From the IMG/VR virus record IMGVR_UViG_3300036832_000602, positions 1 through 54,965 of that record: 54,965 nucleotides of DNA, one strand, 5' to 3'. The first letter of the stretch is position 1, and the number at the start of each line of letters is the position of its first letter. Both the position numbers and the translations under genes were made by a program. This document shows, in pieces, positions 46,832 through 54,965 of the stretch. This DNA is from a virus (Duplodnaviria > Caudoviricetes). Under the pieces are notes generated by a model that was not told the DNA's origin, did not search any database, and saw only the letters and a list, made by a program, of their open reading frames with translations.

Positions 46832-47258
46832 GGTCGAGGACCGGTCATTCGAAGCCATACCGGCAGGTCGATACCATCTCGCGCTCGTGAACTTCGAGAT
46901 GCGCGAGGTCAAAGGTGGCGGCAAGGTTCCAGCCGGGACGCCCATGATCAATTGGGAGTTCAACGTGGTCTCGGACGCCAAGACCGGCGACACCAAGTAC
47001 CAGAACCGCAAGGTCTGGATGAACACGGTGCTCACCGACTCCGCGCTGTTCAACCTGAAGGCGCTGCTACGCGCCACCGGCAAGTACTCCGACGAGGATC
47101 TGTCCTCCGAGATCGACTTCGATCCCGAGGACATCATGGATACACAGATGGTCGGTGTCATCAGCCAGCGTGAGTACAACGGCGACACCGTCAACGACAT
47201 CAAGCGAGTGCTCCCGCTCTCCGACAAGGCGATCGAGGAGTCATCGTTGCTTCCGTAG
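46812..47258 (+). CDS. DUF669-like ssDNA-binding protein
   Basis: FEAIPAGRY...PMINWEF...EYNG...N.IK; next to Sak4. Confidence 0.8.
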   Translation: MRINLTEVEDRSFEAIPAGRYHLALVNFEMREVKGGGKVPAGTPMINWEFNVVSDAKTGDTKYQNRKVWMNTVLTDSALFNLKALLRATGKYSDEDLSSEIDFDPEDIMDTQMVGVISQREYNGDTVNDIKRVLPLSDKAIEESSLLP

Positions 47259-47271
47259 ACCGCCTGCAGGC

Positions 47272-47308
47272 AAAAAGAATCCCCCCTGGTGACAGCCAGG
47301 GGGGATTC
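47272..47308 (-). terminator. Intrinsic terminator-like hairpin (U-tract on minus strand)
   Basis: AAAAA-GAATCCCCCCTGG-tgacag-CCAGGGGGGATTC. Confidence 0.7.
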
Positions 47309-47334
47309 ACTACCACAAAGCAAAGTAGGTTCCG

Positions 47335-49557
47335 TTGCCCATTGTAGTCCCACACTCAGAAGATGCGTCAAACAAGCGAGAGACCTTCTTCAGGGTGATC
47401 TTCGACAAGGTCCAAGTCGAGGGGCGCGAGAGGTTCGTCTGCATAGCCCGTAAGGCACAGGGCCGCAACGGCAGGTTCCAAGAGCACTTCTTCCGGTGGC
47501 CACTGGAACTGGACGCTCTAACACGCTACGTGGACGAAGGTGTCGCCGGACACAACGTTTACTTTGCCCCGATGCTCTTCGACGGGCCAACACGTACGAA
47601 GGAACACTGCGTTTCGTGCCCGGTGGTGTGGGCAGACCTCGACACCTGCGATCCATCGAACCTCCTCGTGCCGGCGTCGGTGTCGATCGAGTCAAGCTCA
47701 GGCCGCTGGCAAGCCCTGTGGATATTCAACCAGGAGGAGGACCCAGGGGAGGTCGAGGACCTCGCTCGCAAGATCGCCTACGCGCACTCCGAGGAGGGCG
47801 CCGACAAAAGCGGCTGGGACCTCACCCAGCTACTGCGGGTGCCGTTCACCTACAACTGGAAGTACGAACCTGCTTCCGTAGTGATGATCCGGTCGGCCAG
47901 TTCCGAGACGACACTCCGAGACATGGACGGGATCTACCCCAGCACCGAGAGCCATGAGCAGTCTTCCTGGCCGTTCCCCGAGGAGATACCGAACGCCCAA
48001 TGGGTATTGGAACAGCACGAGGCCCATATGCGGCCGCTGGTGTTCCGGCTCATCGAGGACGAGCCGGCGAACGACTGGTCGGGCGCCCTGTGGAACCTCG
48101 AGATGCTGCTGTGCGAGGAAGGGCTCAGTCGTGAGGAAGTGTTCGCCATCGCTTCCATTGCCGCCTGCAACAAGTATGCCCGCGACGGGCGCTCACAGCA
48201 TGCGCTGTGGGCCGAGGTCTGCAAGGCATGGTCTACTACCCACGAGCAAACCGGCATCATTCCCAGCGTTGAGGATGTTGCCAACCTCGAAGATCTGCTA
48301 AGCGATGAGAACATGCGGTCGGCTGAAGCCGACCACACCTTCATCGATGACTACATCGACTGGGGACAGGCCGCTTCAGACGCTGCCCCGGAGTACCACG
48401 AGGCCGGAGCATTCGTAGCCCTTAGCTCGATACTGTCGGGATACCTGCGCTTGATGACGTCGATCGGGCCGTTCCGATTCAACCTGTGGTTCATGCTGTT
48501 GGGTGACTCCACGCTCACCCGCAAGACCACCGCCATGAGGCTGTCTACCCAAATGGTGATGGACGTCGAGAAGGAAATAGTACTGGCGACAGATGGCTCA
48601 TGGGAGGGATTGCTCACAGGGATAAGCAAGCGCGACGGGAGAGCCACCCTCTACCGGTCCGACGAGTTCAGCGGCACGCTGGCGACGATGACGAAACGCG
48701 AGTACATGGTCGGGTCAACGGAGATGTTCACCCAGCTCTACGACGGTAGCTTTGTGAAGCGCCTGCTGCGCAAGGAAACGATAACGATCGATGAGCCGAT
48801 CTTCATCTTCTTCGTTGGTGGAATCCGGGAGCGCGTACAAAGCCTGCTAGGACCAGAGCATGTGACCTCCGGGTTCGTGGCGAGGTTCGTTCTCATCAAC
48901 GGGAACGTCGACATGAACAGGCTGCGCTCGATACATGCCTCGAACGCAGCCAGTGAGGCAAGTGAAGATCAAAGAATCGCATTGGTGAACCGCCTGCGCC
49001 AGATGCAGGAGCTGTATCGTAGTAACTTCACTGTCAGCTCGAACGGTAACCATGCTGTTGTGCAGAACAAACCCCATGTAACCCTGACCCAGGACGCTTG
49101 GGACCTGTACAACAGCCTCGAGATGAAGCTCATAAAAGCTGTCTATAACACTGCCAGCCAGGAAATGCTGCTTCCCACCATGGATCGGCTTGCTAAAGGT
49201 GGGTTGAAAGCGTCGGTGCTGATAGCAGCTAGCCGCATGAAGAGTGAACATGTGACGGTCGAGGAAGGAGACGTACTCAAGGCCTTCCAGTACATCAGCA
49301 AATGGAGGCAGAATGCCATCGAAGTGCTGGCAAATATAGGCGTGTCCGCTACCGAGAGACGCATCCAGCAAGTCGAGAGGGCCATCTACCGCAGGAGGAC
49401 AGGGCTATCCCGCAGCGAACTGATGCGGAACTTCCACCTAAACGCGTTCGAAGCGCAGTTGATCCTCGACACGCTGGTACAGCGCGGTCTGATCAAGCGC
49501 ACTCCTGGGAGGAGGGGGAGCATATCCGAGATGTGGTTCCCCACTCAGGACACATGA
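47335..49557 (+). CDS. Primase (RepB-like) fused to DUF3987-like helicase/ATPase
   Basis: VYFAP, WADLD, ESSSGRWQALW, DLTQLLRVP.TYN.K; G.STLTRKTT, SDEF, LYDG, GFVARF. Confidence 0.85.
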   Translation: MPIVVPHSEDASNKRETFFRVIFDKVQVEGRERFVCIARKAQGRNGRFQEHFFRWPLELDALTRYVDEGVAGHNVYFAPMLFDGPTRTKEHCVSCPVVWADLDTCDPSNLLVPASVSIESSSGRWQALWIFNQEEDPGEVEDLARKIAYAHSEEGADKSGWDLTQLLRVPFTYNWKYEPASVVMIRSASSETTLRDMDGIYPSTESHEQSSWPFPEEIPNAQWVLEQHEAHMRPLVFRLIEDEPANDWSGALWNLEMLLCEEGLSREEVFAIASIAACNKYARDGRSQHALWAEVCKAWSTTHEQTGIIPSVEDVANLEDLLSDENMRSAEADHTFIDDYIDWGQAASDAAPEYHEAGAFVALSSILSGYLRLMTSIGPFRFNLWFMLLGDSTLTRKTTAMRLSTQMVMDVEKEIVLATDGSWEGLLTGISKRDGRATLYRSDEFSGTLATMTKREYMVGSTEMFTQLYDGSFVKRLLRKETITIDEPIFIFFVGGIRERVQSLLGPEHVTSGFVARFVLINGNVDMNRLRSIHASNAASEASEDQRIALVNRLRQMQELYRSNFTVSSNGNHAVVQNKPHVTLTQDAWDLYNSLEMKLIKAVYNTASQEMLLPTMDRLAKGGLKASVLIAASRMKSEHVTVEEGDVLKAFQYISKWRQNAIEVLANIGVSATERRIQQVERAIYRRRTGLSRSELMRNFHLNAFEAQLILDTLVQRGLIKRTPGRRGSISEMWFPTQDT

Positions 49558-49745
49558 TGGCCAGAGTCAAGCGCTGCGATCAGTGCGGCAACAGCATCTG
49601 CCTATCGTCCTCGGCTGACGACTTCTGCGATGCAGCCTGCTACATCCGCTGGCTGGTCGTCACGGGCCGGGTCACCCGACGTCGTGCCATCGGGTACGTG
49701 AAGTGCCGACTGCAAGGCCTGCCGACCGCCGCTCTCATACCGTGA
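49554..49745 (+). CDS. Small zinc-finger protein (CxxCG...FCxxxC)
   Basis: Coupled overlaps on both sides. Confidence 0.6.
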   Translation: MMARVKRCDQCGNSICLSSSADDFCDAACYIRWLVVTGRVTRRRAIGYVKCRLQGLPTAALIP

Positions 49746-52700
49746 CCGCTACCTACATCGTCGGCGACGTGTTCCAGGGACTGGCAACCCTCGAGCCAGG
49801 GAGCGTTGACCTGGTCGTCACGAGTCCACCCTTCCTGGCTGTCCGCACCTACCTTCCGGTGGACGATCCTTTGAAGCACAAGGAGATCGGCTCCGAGCCG
49901 AACCCTGCCGTGTTCATCGACGTCATGCTCGACCTAGTCGAGGCCATCGCGCCGGCACTCGCCCCGCACGGATCGATGTGCCTGGAGTTTGGGGACACCT
50001 ACGCCGGCTCGAGCGGCACCAACGTCAGCGAGCGCCGCAAGATCGGCGCGCAGGAGCTGGCTACCGATGAGGAGTACAAGCAGATCTACGAGCGGGATAT
50101 CCCCTACCGGCGCGCCGGCTACCGCGAGTTCGCAACCTCCAGCTCCAAACCACGCACTGTCGAAGGCTGGCCGCTCGACAAGTCGAAGTGCATGATCCCT
50201 GAACTGATAGCCATCGCGCTCGCCTACGGCTTCAACCCGCTCACCGGCCGCACCACCGACCGCTGGCGTATCCGCAATCTCGTGACGTGGTGCCGACCCA
50301 ACCCTCCCATCGGAGCGGACGGCGACAAGTTCCGCCCAGCTTCCACCCGTATCATCGTTGCCACCAAGGCGAAGGACCGCTACTTCGACGGGTTCGGGGT
50401 ACGTGTGCCGTCCCTGACCCCGCCTCGAGAGGGCTACCCGGTGACCCCAGACCAGAAGATGGCAACGGCTACAGGGGGCTCCTGGCACATGGACCGCAGC
50501 GCCATGAACGGGGAAACCCGTCCCCTCTACGACTGGTGGGAGATCCCGACAGAGAGCTTCAAGGGCAGCCACTACGCCACCTATCCGCGCAGCCTGGTGG
50601 AACCGCTCATCGTAGCCATGTGCCCCGAGCGCGTCTGCGGCACCTGCGGACAGCCCAGCCTGCGGGTCATGGGGGATACGAAGTACCTGAACTCCCGCAA
50701 CGAGGAAGCCTCGTACCTCGCCATGAACGATTCCAAGGCGAGGATGGCCCCTGGTGTGAACCAGTTCAAGCACGACACCGTCCACCACATCGTGCAGGAG
50801 TCGGTCGGCTGGTCGGACTGCGGTCACGACAACTGGCGCCTCGGACGGGTGCTCGACCCTTTCGCCGGGTCCGGCACCACCCTCCTCGTCACCTGCGGAC
50901 TAGGACGTGAGAGCATTGGGATCGACCTCGACCACCGCAACCTCACCCTGGCGCAGAACCGCATCGGCATGTTCCTCCAGAACGTGATCGAGCTACCGCT
51001 GGACACGCCGCTGCCGCTTCAGACACCACAGGTAGAGCCTGAGCCTGTGGTGCAGGCGCCAGAACCGGTGGTGCTGGAGGTGCCAAAACCGACACCACAG
51101 CCCCAGCCAGCGGTCACCGAGCCGCTATGGAGGGAACTGCCGAAGCTCATCGAACTGCCAGACGAGTTCGAGGTAGTGCGCCGGCACCCGCTCGCCAAGT
51201 GCGAGGAGTGCCCGCTGGCGAACGAGCAATCGATCTTCGTGCCGTCCAAGCAGGTCGAGGACCCGCACATCGTCATCGTGGGTGAGGCTCCGGGCGCACA
51301 GGAAGCAAAGCACGGTATCCCGTTCGTCGGTCCGTCCGGCAAGATACTCGACGCAGTGCTAGCGGGTCAGCGGCTGCAGCGAAAAGAAGCCTTCATCACC
51401 AACGCCTGTCTATGCCGGCCGAAGGACAACGCCACGCCCACCGCCAAGGCCGTGCGGGCATGCGCGCCGCGCCTGCTCGAGGAAGTCACTGAGGCGACCA
51501 AGGGCGGCGCCCCGATTGTGGCTATGGGAAACGTGGCTGCCTCCGCCATCCTCGACTACAAGGTGTCCATCCTCGAGCACCGCATGGGGCTGCCGAAGGA
51601 ATCGCACCTCTACCCAGGCGTGCCGGTCATTCCGACCATCCACCCTGCCTACGCGCTACGCGTGCCCGAGGCGCTGCCGCTGCTGGTGGACGACATCGCC
51701 AAGATCAACGGCGACGTCGGCATGGGCTGGGAGGAACCGCAGTACCGTACCTTCGAGGTTGCACTGCAGGCCCGCCAGGCACTCCAGCAGCTACGCAAGC
51801 TGGCCCCAGCCTCGGTGGTGGTCGACATCGAGGTCGGCGCCGAGAAGGACGAGACGTTCATCCGGCCCGACAAGCTGCGGCTGCTCTGCGTGGGGCTGGC
51901 CTATGCCCCCGGCAAGGCGATCGTGATCGGTGAGCAGGCCCTGCACGACCTCGGTGTGCAGCACGAGCTATCAGCCCTACTGCGCTCATCGAGGGTGGTC
52001 GCGCACAACGGCAAGTTCGACCTCGCCGGCTTGAGACACATCACCACAGGGGCACGACTGGGCTTCGACACGATGCTAGCGAGCTACGTCTGCGACGAGC
52101 GGAAGGGTACCCACGGGCTGAAGTACCTGGCGATGGAACGGCTCGGTGCTCCAAACTACGCAACCCTGATCCACAAGTACATCTCCAGCAAAGGTGAAAA
52201 CTTCGCTCACGTTCCGACTGAAGTCCTGCACAAGTACAACGCTTACGATGTGGTGTGTACCTGGAGCCTCATGGAGTTGTACGAGGAACGGATGCGTCGG
52301 GAGGATCTGACCAAGGTACACGACATGCTCGTGCGCGGCTCGAACATGCTGCTCCCTGTGGAGCAGAAGGGACTGCGGGTCGACCTCGAGTACATGCACA
52401 AGCTCGACACCGAGTTCAGCGACCAGATCGAGGGCCTTGACCGCAGCATAAGGAAATGGGTGGAGAACGCCCGTTCTCCCCAGCAGATCACCAACGCCCT
52501 GCGCAAGCTGGGGATGAACGCGCCGTCCACCGGCATCGAGGTCCTGCAGAAGCTGGTTGAGACAGCAACCGGGCCGGCGCTCGAGTTCCTTACCCAGCTA
52601 ATGGAGCACCGACGCCTGTCCAAGCTGCACGGTACCTATGTGAAGGGCATTGAGGACCGACTCGAGAACGGTTACGTACACCCGACCTTCCTACTGCACG

Positions 52701-53461
52701 GCACCACGACCGGGCGTCTGTCATGCCGCAACCCAAACCTGCAGAACATCCCACGGGAATCGGCTATCAAGCGCATGTTCGTGCCTGACCCCGGCAAGGT
52801 GTTCGTGCAGGCCGACTACAAGGCCATTGAGTTGCGCGTGATCACCTGCGAGTCACGCGACGAGTATTTGAGGAGCATGTTTGCGGAGGATCGTGACATC
52901 CACTCGGAGGTGGCTGAGAGGTTCTTCGGGCCGGGCTTCACCAAGGAGCAGCGTGTCTGGGCTAAGGGCGTTGTATACGGACTCAGCTACGGACGTGAGG
53001 CGTACGCTCTCGGCCAGGCTGCCGGCATTCCGACAGCGGAGGCGCAGACCTACATCGACACGTTTCTGGGGATGATCCCCGGCGCCATGGCCTGGCGTGA
53101 CCGGATCGCTCACCAGGTACTCGAGACGGACCAGGACCTGACTACCGTCTACGGGCGCCACCGGCGCGTGCTGCTGCTCACCGACGAGAACAAGAAGGAC
53201 ACCTTGAAGGAGTCCTACGCCTTCATTCCACAGAGCACCGCCAGCGACATCTGCCTGTCGGCTGCGATCGAGCTACACGAGAAGCACGGACTCGACATCC
53301 GGCTTCTCGTACATGACTCGATCCTGGTCGAGACGGACGAGCCCGACGAGGTGGCGACGCTGATGCACGAGGTCATGCCGAGGGTCGCCGCCGAGACCTA
53401 CAGTTCCTTCGTCCCCTTCCCAGTTGAGACTGCAGTGGGCACGAACTGGTCGGAGGTGTAG
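49742..53461 (+). CDS. Fusion: N4/N6 DNA methyltransferase + family-4 uracil-DNA glycosylase + 3'-5' exonuclease / DNA polymerase A
   Basis: VTSPPF, HYATYP, DPFAGSGTT; CEECPL, GEAPG, PFVG.SG, CRP, HPAY; DIE, HNGKFD, YNAYD; TGRLS..PNLQNIP, ADYKAIELR, RVWAKGVVYGLSYG, VHDS; one uninterrupted frame. Confidence 0.92.
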   Translation: MTATYIVGDVFQGLATLEPGSVDLVVTSPPFLAVRTYLPVDDPLKHKEIGSEPNPAVFIDVMLDLVEAIAPALAPHGSMCLEFGDTYAGSSGTNVSERRKIGAQELATDEEYKQIYERDIPYRRAGYREFATSSSKPRTVEGWPLDKSKCMIPELIAIALAYGFNPLTGRTTDRWRIRNLVTWCRPNPPIGADGDKFRPASTRIIVATKAKDRYFDGFGVRVPSLTPPREGYPVTPDQKMATATGGSWHMDRSAMNGETRPLYDWWEIPTESFKGSHYATYPRSLVEPLIVAMCPERVCGTCGQPSLRVMGDTKYLNSRNEEASYLAMNDSKARMAPGVNQFKHDTVHHIVQESVGWSDCGHDNWRLGRVLDPFAGSGTTLLVTCGLGRESIGIDLDHRNLTLAQNRIGMFLQNVIELPLDTPLPLQTPQVEPEPVVQAPEPVVLEVPKPTPQPQPAVTEPLWRELPKLIELPDEFEVVRRHPLAKCEECPLANEQSIFVPSKQVEDPHIVIVGEAPGAQEAKHGIPFVGPSGKILDAVLAGQRLQRKEAFITNACLCRPKDNATPTAKAVRACAPRLLEEVTEATKGGAPIVAMGNVAASAILDYKVSILEHRMGLPKESHLYPGVPVIPTIHPAYALRVPEALPLLVDDIAKINGDVGMGWEEPQYRTFEVALQARQALQQLRKLAPASVVVDIEVGAEKDETFIRPDKLRLLCVGLAYAPGKAIVIGEQALHDLGVQHELSALLRSSRVVAHNGKFDLAGLRHITTGARLGFDTMLASYVCDERKGTHGLKYLAMERLGAPNYATLIHKYISSKGENFAHVPTEVLHKYNAYDVVCTWSLMELYEERMRREDLTKVHDMLVRGSNMLLPVEQKGLRVDLEYMHKLDTEFSDQIEGLDRSIRKWVENARSPQQITNALRKLGMNAPSTGIEVLQKLVETATGPALEFLTQLMEHRRLSKLHGTYVKGIEDRLENGYVHPTFLLHGTTTGRLSCRNPNLQNIPRESAIKRMFVPDPGKVFVQADYKAIELRVITCESRDEYLRSMFAEDRDIHSEVAERFFGPGFTKEQRVWAKGVVYGLSYGREAYALGQAAGIPTAEAQTYIDTFLGMIPGAMAWRDRIAHQVLETDQDLTTVYGRHRRVLLLTDENKKDTLKESYAFIPQSTASDICLSAAIELHEKHGLDIRLLVHDSILVETDEPDEVATLMHEVMPRVAAETYSSFVPFPVETAVGTNWSEV

Positions 53462-53592
53462 GATCATGACGTTCACGGTACCGGCGACCTTCTGGTCTAG
53501 CCCGTTAGGTGACGAATGACCGGCGTATGTCACCTCTCCAATCGGTCGGGGCAACTAGTCCGCTGGGATCGGGCAAGAGCCGGTTATATCCC

Positions 53593-53847
53593 ATGAAACC
53601 ATCCGATGCTGTCAAGCGCGGACTCTGCCCGAGCTGTCTCGGGAAGGGGACCGTCACGGTCCTCGTGCCATACGAGGACGACGCTGCCGAGTGCTTGACC
53701 TGCGCGGGTACCGGCATGTTCCCGGTCCGCTGCACCCGCTGCGACGGCGAGCTGCACCTGAACGTGATGAGTGACTGGGTGCACGTCGATTACGACCAGC
53801 ACAACCACATACCGCGGCTACCACCAAAGGCAGAGCCGCTCTCCTAG
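53593..53847 (+). CDS. Zinc-ribbon protein (CxxCxGxG x2)
   Basis: CPSCLGKG, CLTCAGTG, CTRC; start uncertain. Confidence 0.65.
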   Translation: MKPSDAVKRGLCPSCLGKGTVTVLVPYEDDAAECLTCAGTGMFPVRCTRCDGELHLNVMSDWVHVDYDQHNHIPRLPPKAEPLS

Positions 53848-53848
53848 C

Positions 53849-54313
53849 GTGTACTGCGTCGCGCTCGACCCAGGTGGCACCACAGGGGTAGCCACCGTCC
53901 CGAATGCCGACGAGCCGTGGGTGATCGAGCCGCGCCAGTTCGAGGGCGAGCACCACGCTACCCTGCTGAGCTACCTGGAGTTCAGCCGACCGGAGACGAT
54001 CATCGCAGAATCCTTTTACCGCACGGCCAACGAGGCGGCGCGGCTGGCGTCGAGCGAGATCATCGGCGTCGTCAAGGCGTATGCGCAGGCGACGGCTACT
54101 CCTGTGGTCTGGCAGTCCCCCTCCACAGGGAAGGGCTTCTGGTCCGATCTCCGGCTCAAGAAGTGCGGGCTCTATGTCGTCGGCAAGCCGCACGCTCGCG
54201 ACGCGATCCGACACTACGCCTACTGGCGCACCTTCACGCTGAAGGATTCCTCACTCCTGGCGAAGACAGGGGAGAGCGGCCCCGAAGGGCCGCACCCCTT
54301 TCTTGACGACTAG
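53849..54313 (+). CDS. RuvC-like Holliday junction resolvase
   Basis: ALDPGGTTGVA, IIAESF, HARDAIRH. Confidence 0.8.
   Translation: MYCVALDPGGTTGVATVPNADEPWVIEPRQFEGEHHATLLSYLEFSRPETIIAESFYRTANEAARLASSEIIGVVKAYAQATATPVVWQSPSTGKGFWSDLRLKKCGLYVVGKPHARDAIRHYAYWRTFTLKDSSLLAKTGESGPEGPHPFLDD
54268..54299. terminator. Conserved hairpin, copy 3, at the convergent gene junction
   Basis: AGGGGAGAGCGGCCC-CGAA-GGGCCGCACCCCT. Confidence 0.65.
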
Positions 54314-54954
54314 CAGCCGTCCTGCCAGGCAGGGTACAGACCGCCCTGCTGGTCGTACAGGGTCCAGAACGCATTGAGCTGCGTCTGCCACGAGTACATC
54401 GTGGCGGGAGCAGCCAGCCCGGTCACGTTCGTCCACGTCGTCGGCTCGAACTGGAAGTAGCCGCCGCCGTCGCCGCCGGGGTTGTTGGTGCCTCCTGACT
54501 CGACCCCGAGGATGCAGCCCACCGGCCACGGCTGGCTCGACGGGGCGACGTAGGGGTCACCGTACCCATAGCTCGCCGCCGCCGCGGTGGTCGTCGTGAC
54601 CGGCGCCACGTAGACGTAGGGCTGCGTCGTGGTCGTGACAGGCGGCACGTACGGCTGCGTGGTCGTTGTCGTTGACTCGTATAGTTGCCATGCCTTGAGC
54701 TGTGCAGCAGCCCTCGCTTCGGCGAGGCTTCGTTTGGTTGCGAGAAACCGTTTCCGTAGAAGGAAGCGGTGCCTTTGCTGCCAGTGCTCGGTCGGGAGTG
54801 TGCTCGTCGGATAGACCCCGGCGAGCCACACTCTCGGCGTCGGCGGCGAGTGAATCCTTGTCTGAAGGTCAGGGCTTGATAAAGCGACTGCCGGCACCCA
54901 GGCCGGCAGAGAAAGCGCTGTAAGAGCGCCTATGGCTATGGCTAAGCGTTTCAT
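54310..54954 (-). CDS. Secreted Rpf-like lytic transglycosylase
   Basis: Signal peptide MKRLAIAIG..., Thr/Pro linker, CILGVESGG...GGYFQFEPTTW...Q...AW..C. Confidence 0.8.
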   Translation of the reverse strand: MKRLAIAIGALTALSLPAWVPAVALSSPDLQTRIHSPPTPRVWLAGVYPTSTLPTEHWQQRHRFLLRKRFLATKRSLAEARAAAQLKAWQLYESTTTTTQPYVPPVTTTTQPYVYVAPVTTTTAAAASYGYGDPYVAPSSQPWPVGCILGVESGGTNNPGGDGGGYFQFEPTTWTNVTGLAAPATMYSWQTQLNAFWTLYDQQGGLYPAWQDGC

Positions 54955-54965
54955 TCGTCTCACTC
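54813..54965. repeat. Terminal overlap, copy 2
   Basis: Matches 1-153 (exact to 54938). Confidence 0.95.

Noticed and set aside
49742-53461. Intein or intron explaining the long polymerase ORF
   Set aside because: No intein splice motifs or LAGLIDADG blocks noticed; every segment is explained by MTase, linker, UDG, exonuclease or polymerase
1-54965. Integrase, CI-like repressor, ParA/ParB, tRNA genes
   Set aside because: No recognisable motifs found by eye; divergent versions cannot be fully excluded

Overview
The window is an apparently complete, circularly assembled ~54.8-kb high-GC tailed dsDNA phage genome (siphovirus-like). The host is most likely a non-mycolate Actinomycetota, inferred from an Rpf-like enzyme, Tat leaders, LexA-type GAAC-N4-GTTC boxes and no recognisable LysB. 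Positions 1-153 repeat at 54813-54965. The minus strand (29.7 kb to 0.3 kb) carries terminase, Mu-like portal/protease/adaptor, capsid, tail, four paralogous tail-fibre-like genes, amidase and holin. It ends in a locus of secreted proteins: three Cys-rich Tat substrates with a shared leader, plus an Rpf-like transglycosylase, with the same hairpin closing each unit. A non-coding control region at 29.7-30.6 kb has LexA-like boxes, repeats and a hairpin cluster. An early region follows (30.6-37.6 kb), built from at least 8 gene cassettes, each with a near-identical sigma70-type promoter that has an operator-like motif in its spacer and an AAACGG-repeat leader. One cassette contains a ~155-nt structured RNA candidate in front of an ArdC-like gene. 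The replication module (plus strand) has SNF2 helicase, Cas4-like nuclease, AAA_24 ATPase, DUF669 SSB, primase-helicase and a RuvC-like resolvase. Its most unusual gene is one ~1240-aa ORF fusing an N4/N6 DNA methyltransferase, a family-4 uracil-DNA glycosylase and a family-A DNA polymerase. I saw no integrase, tRNA, CRISPR array or reverse transcriptase. All product calls come from motif recognition by eye; no database searches were run.
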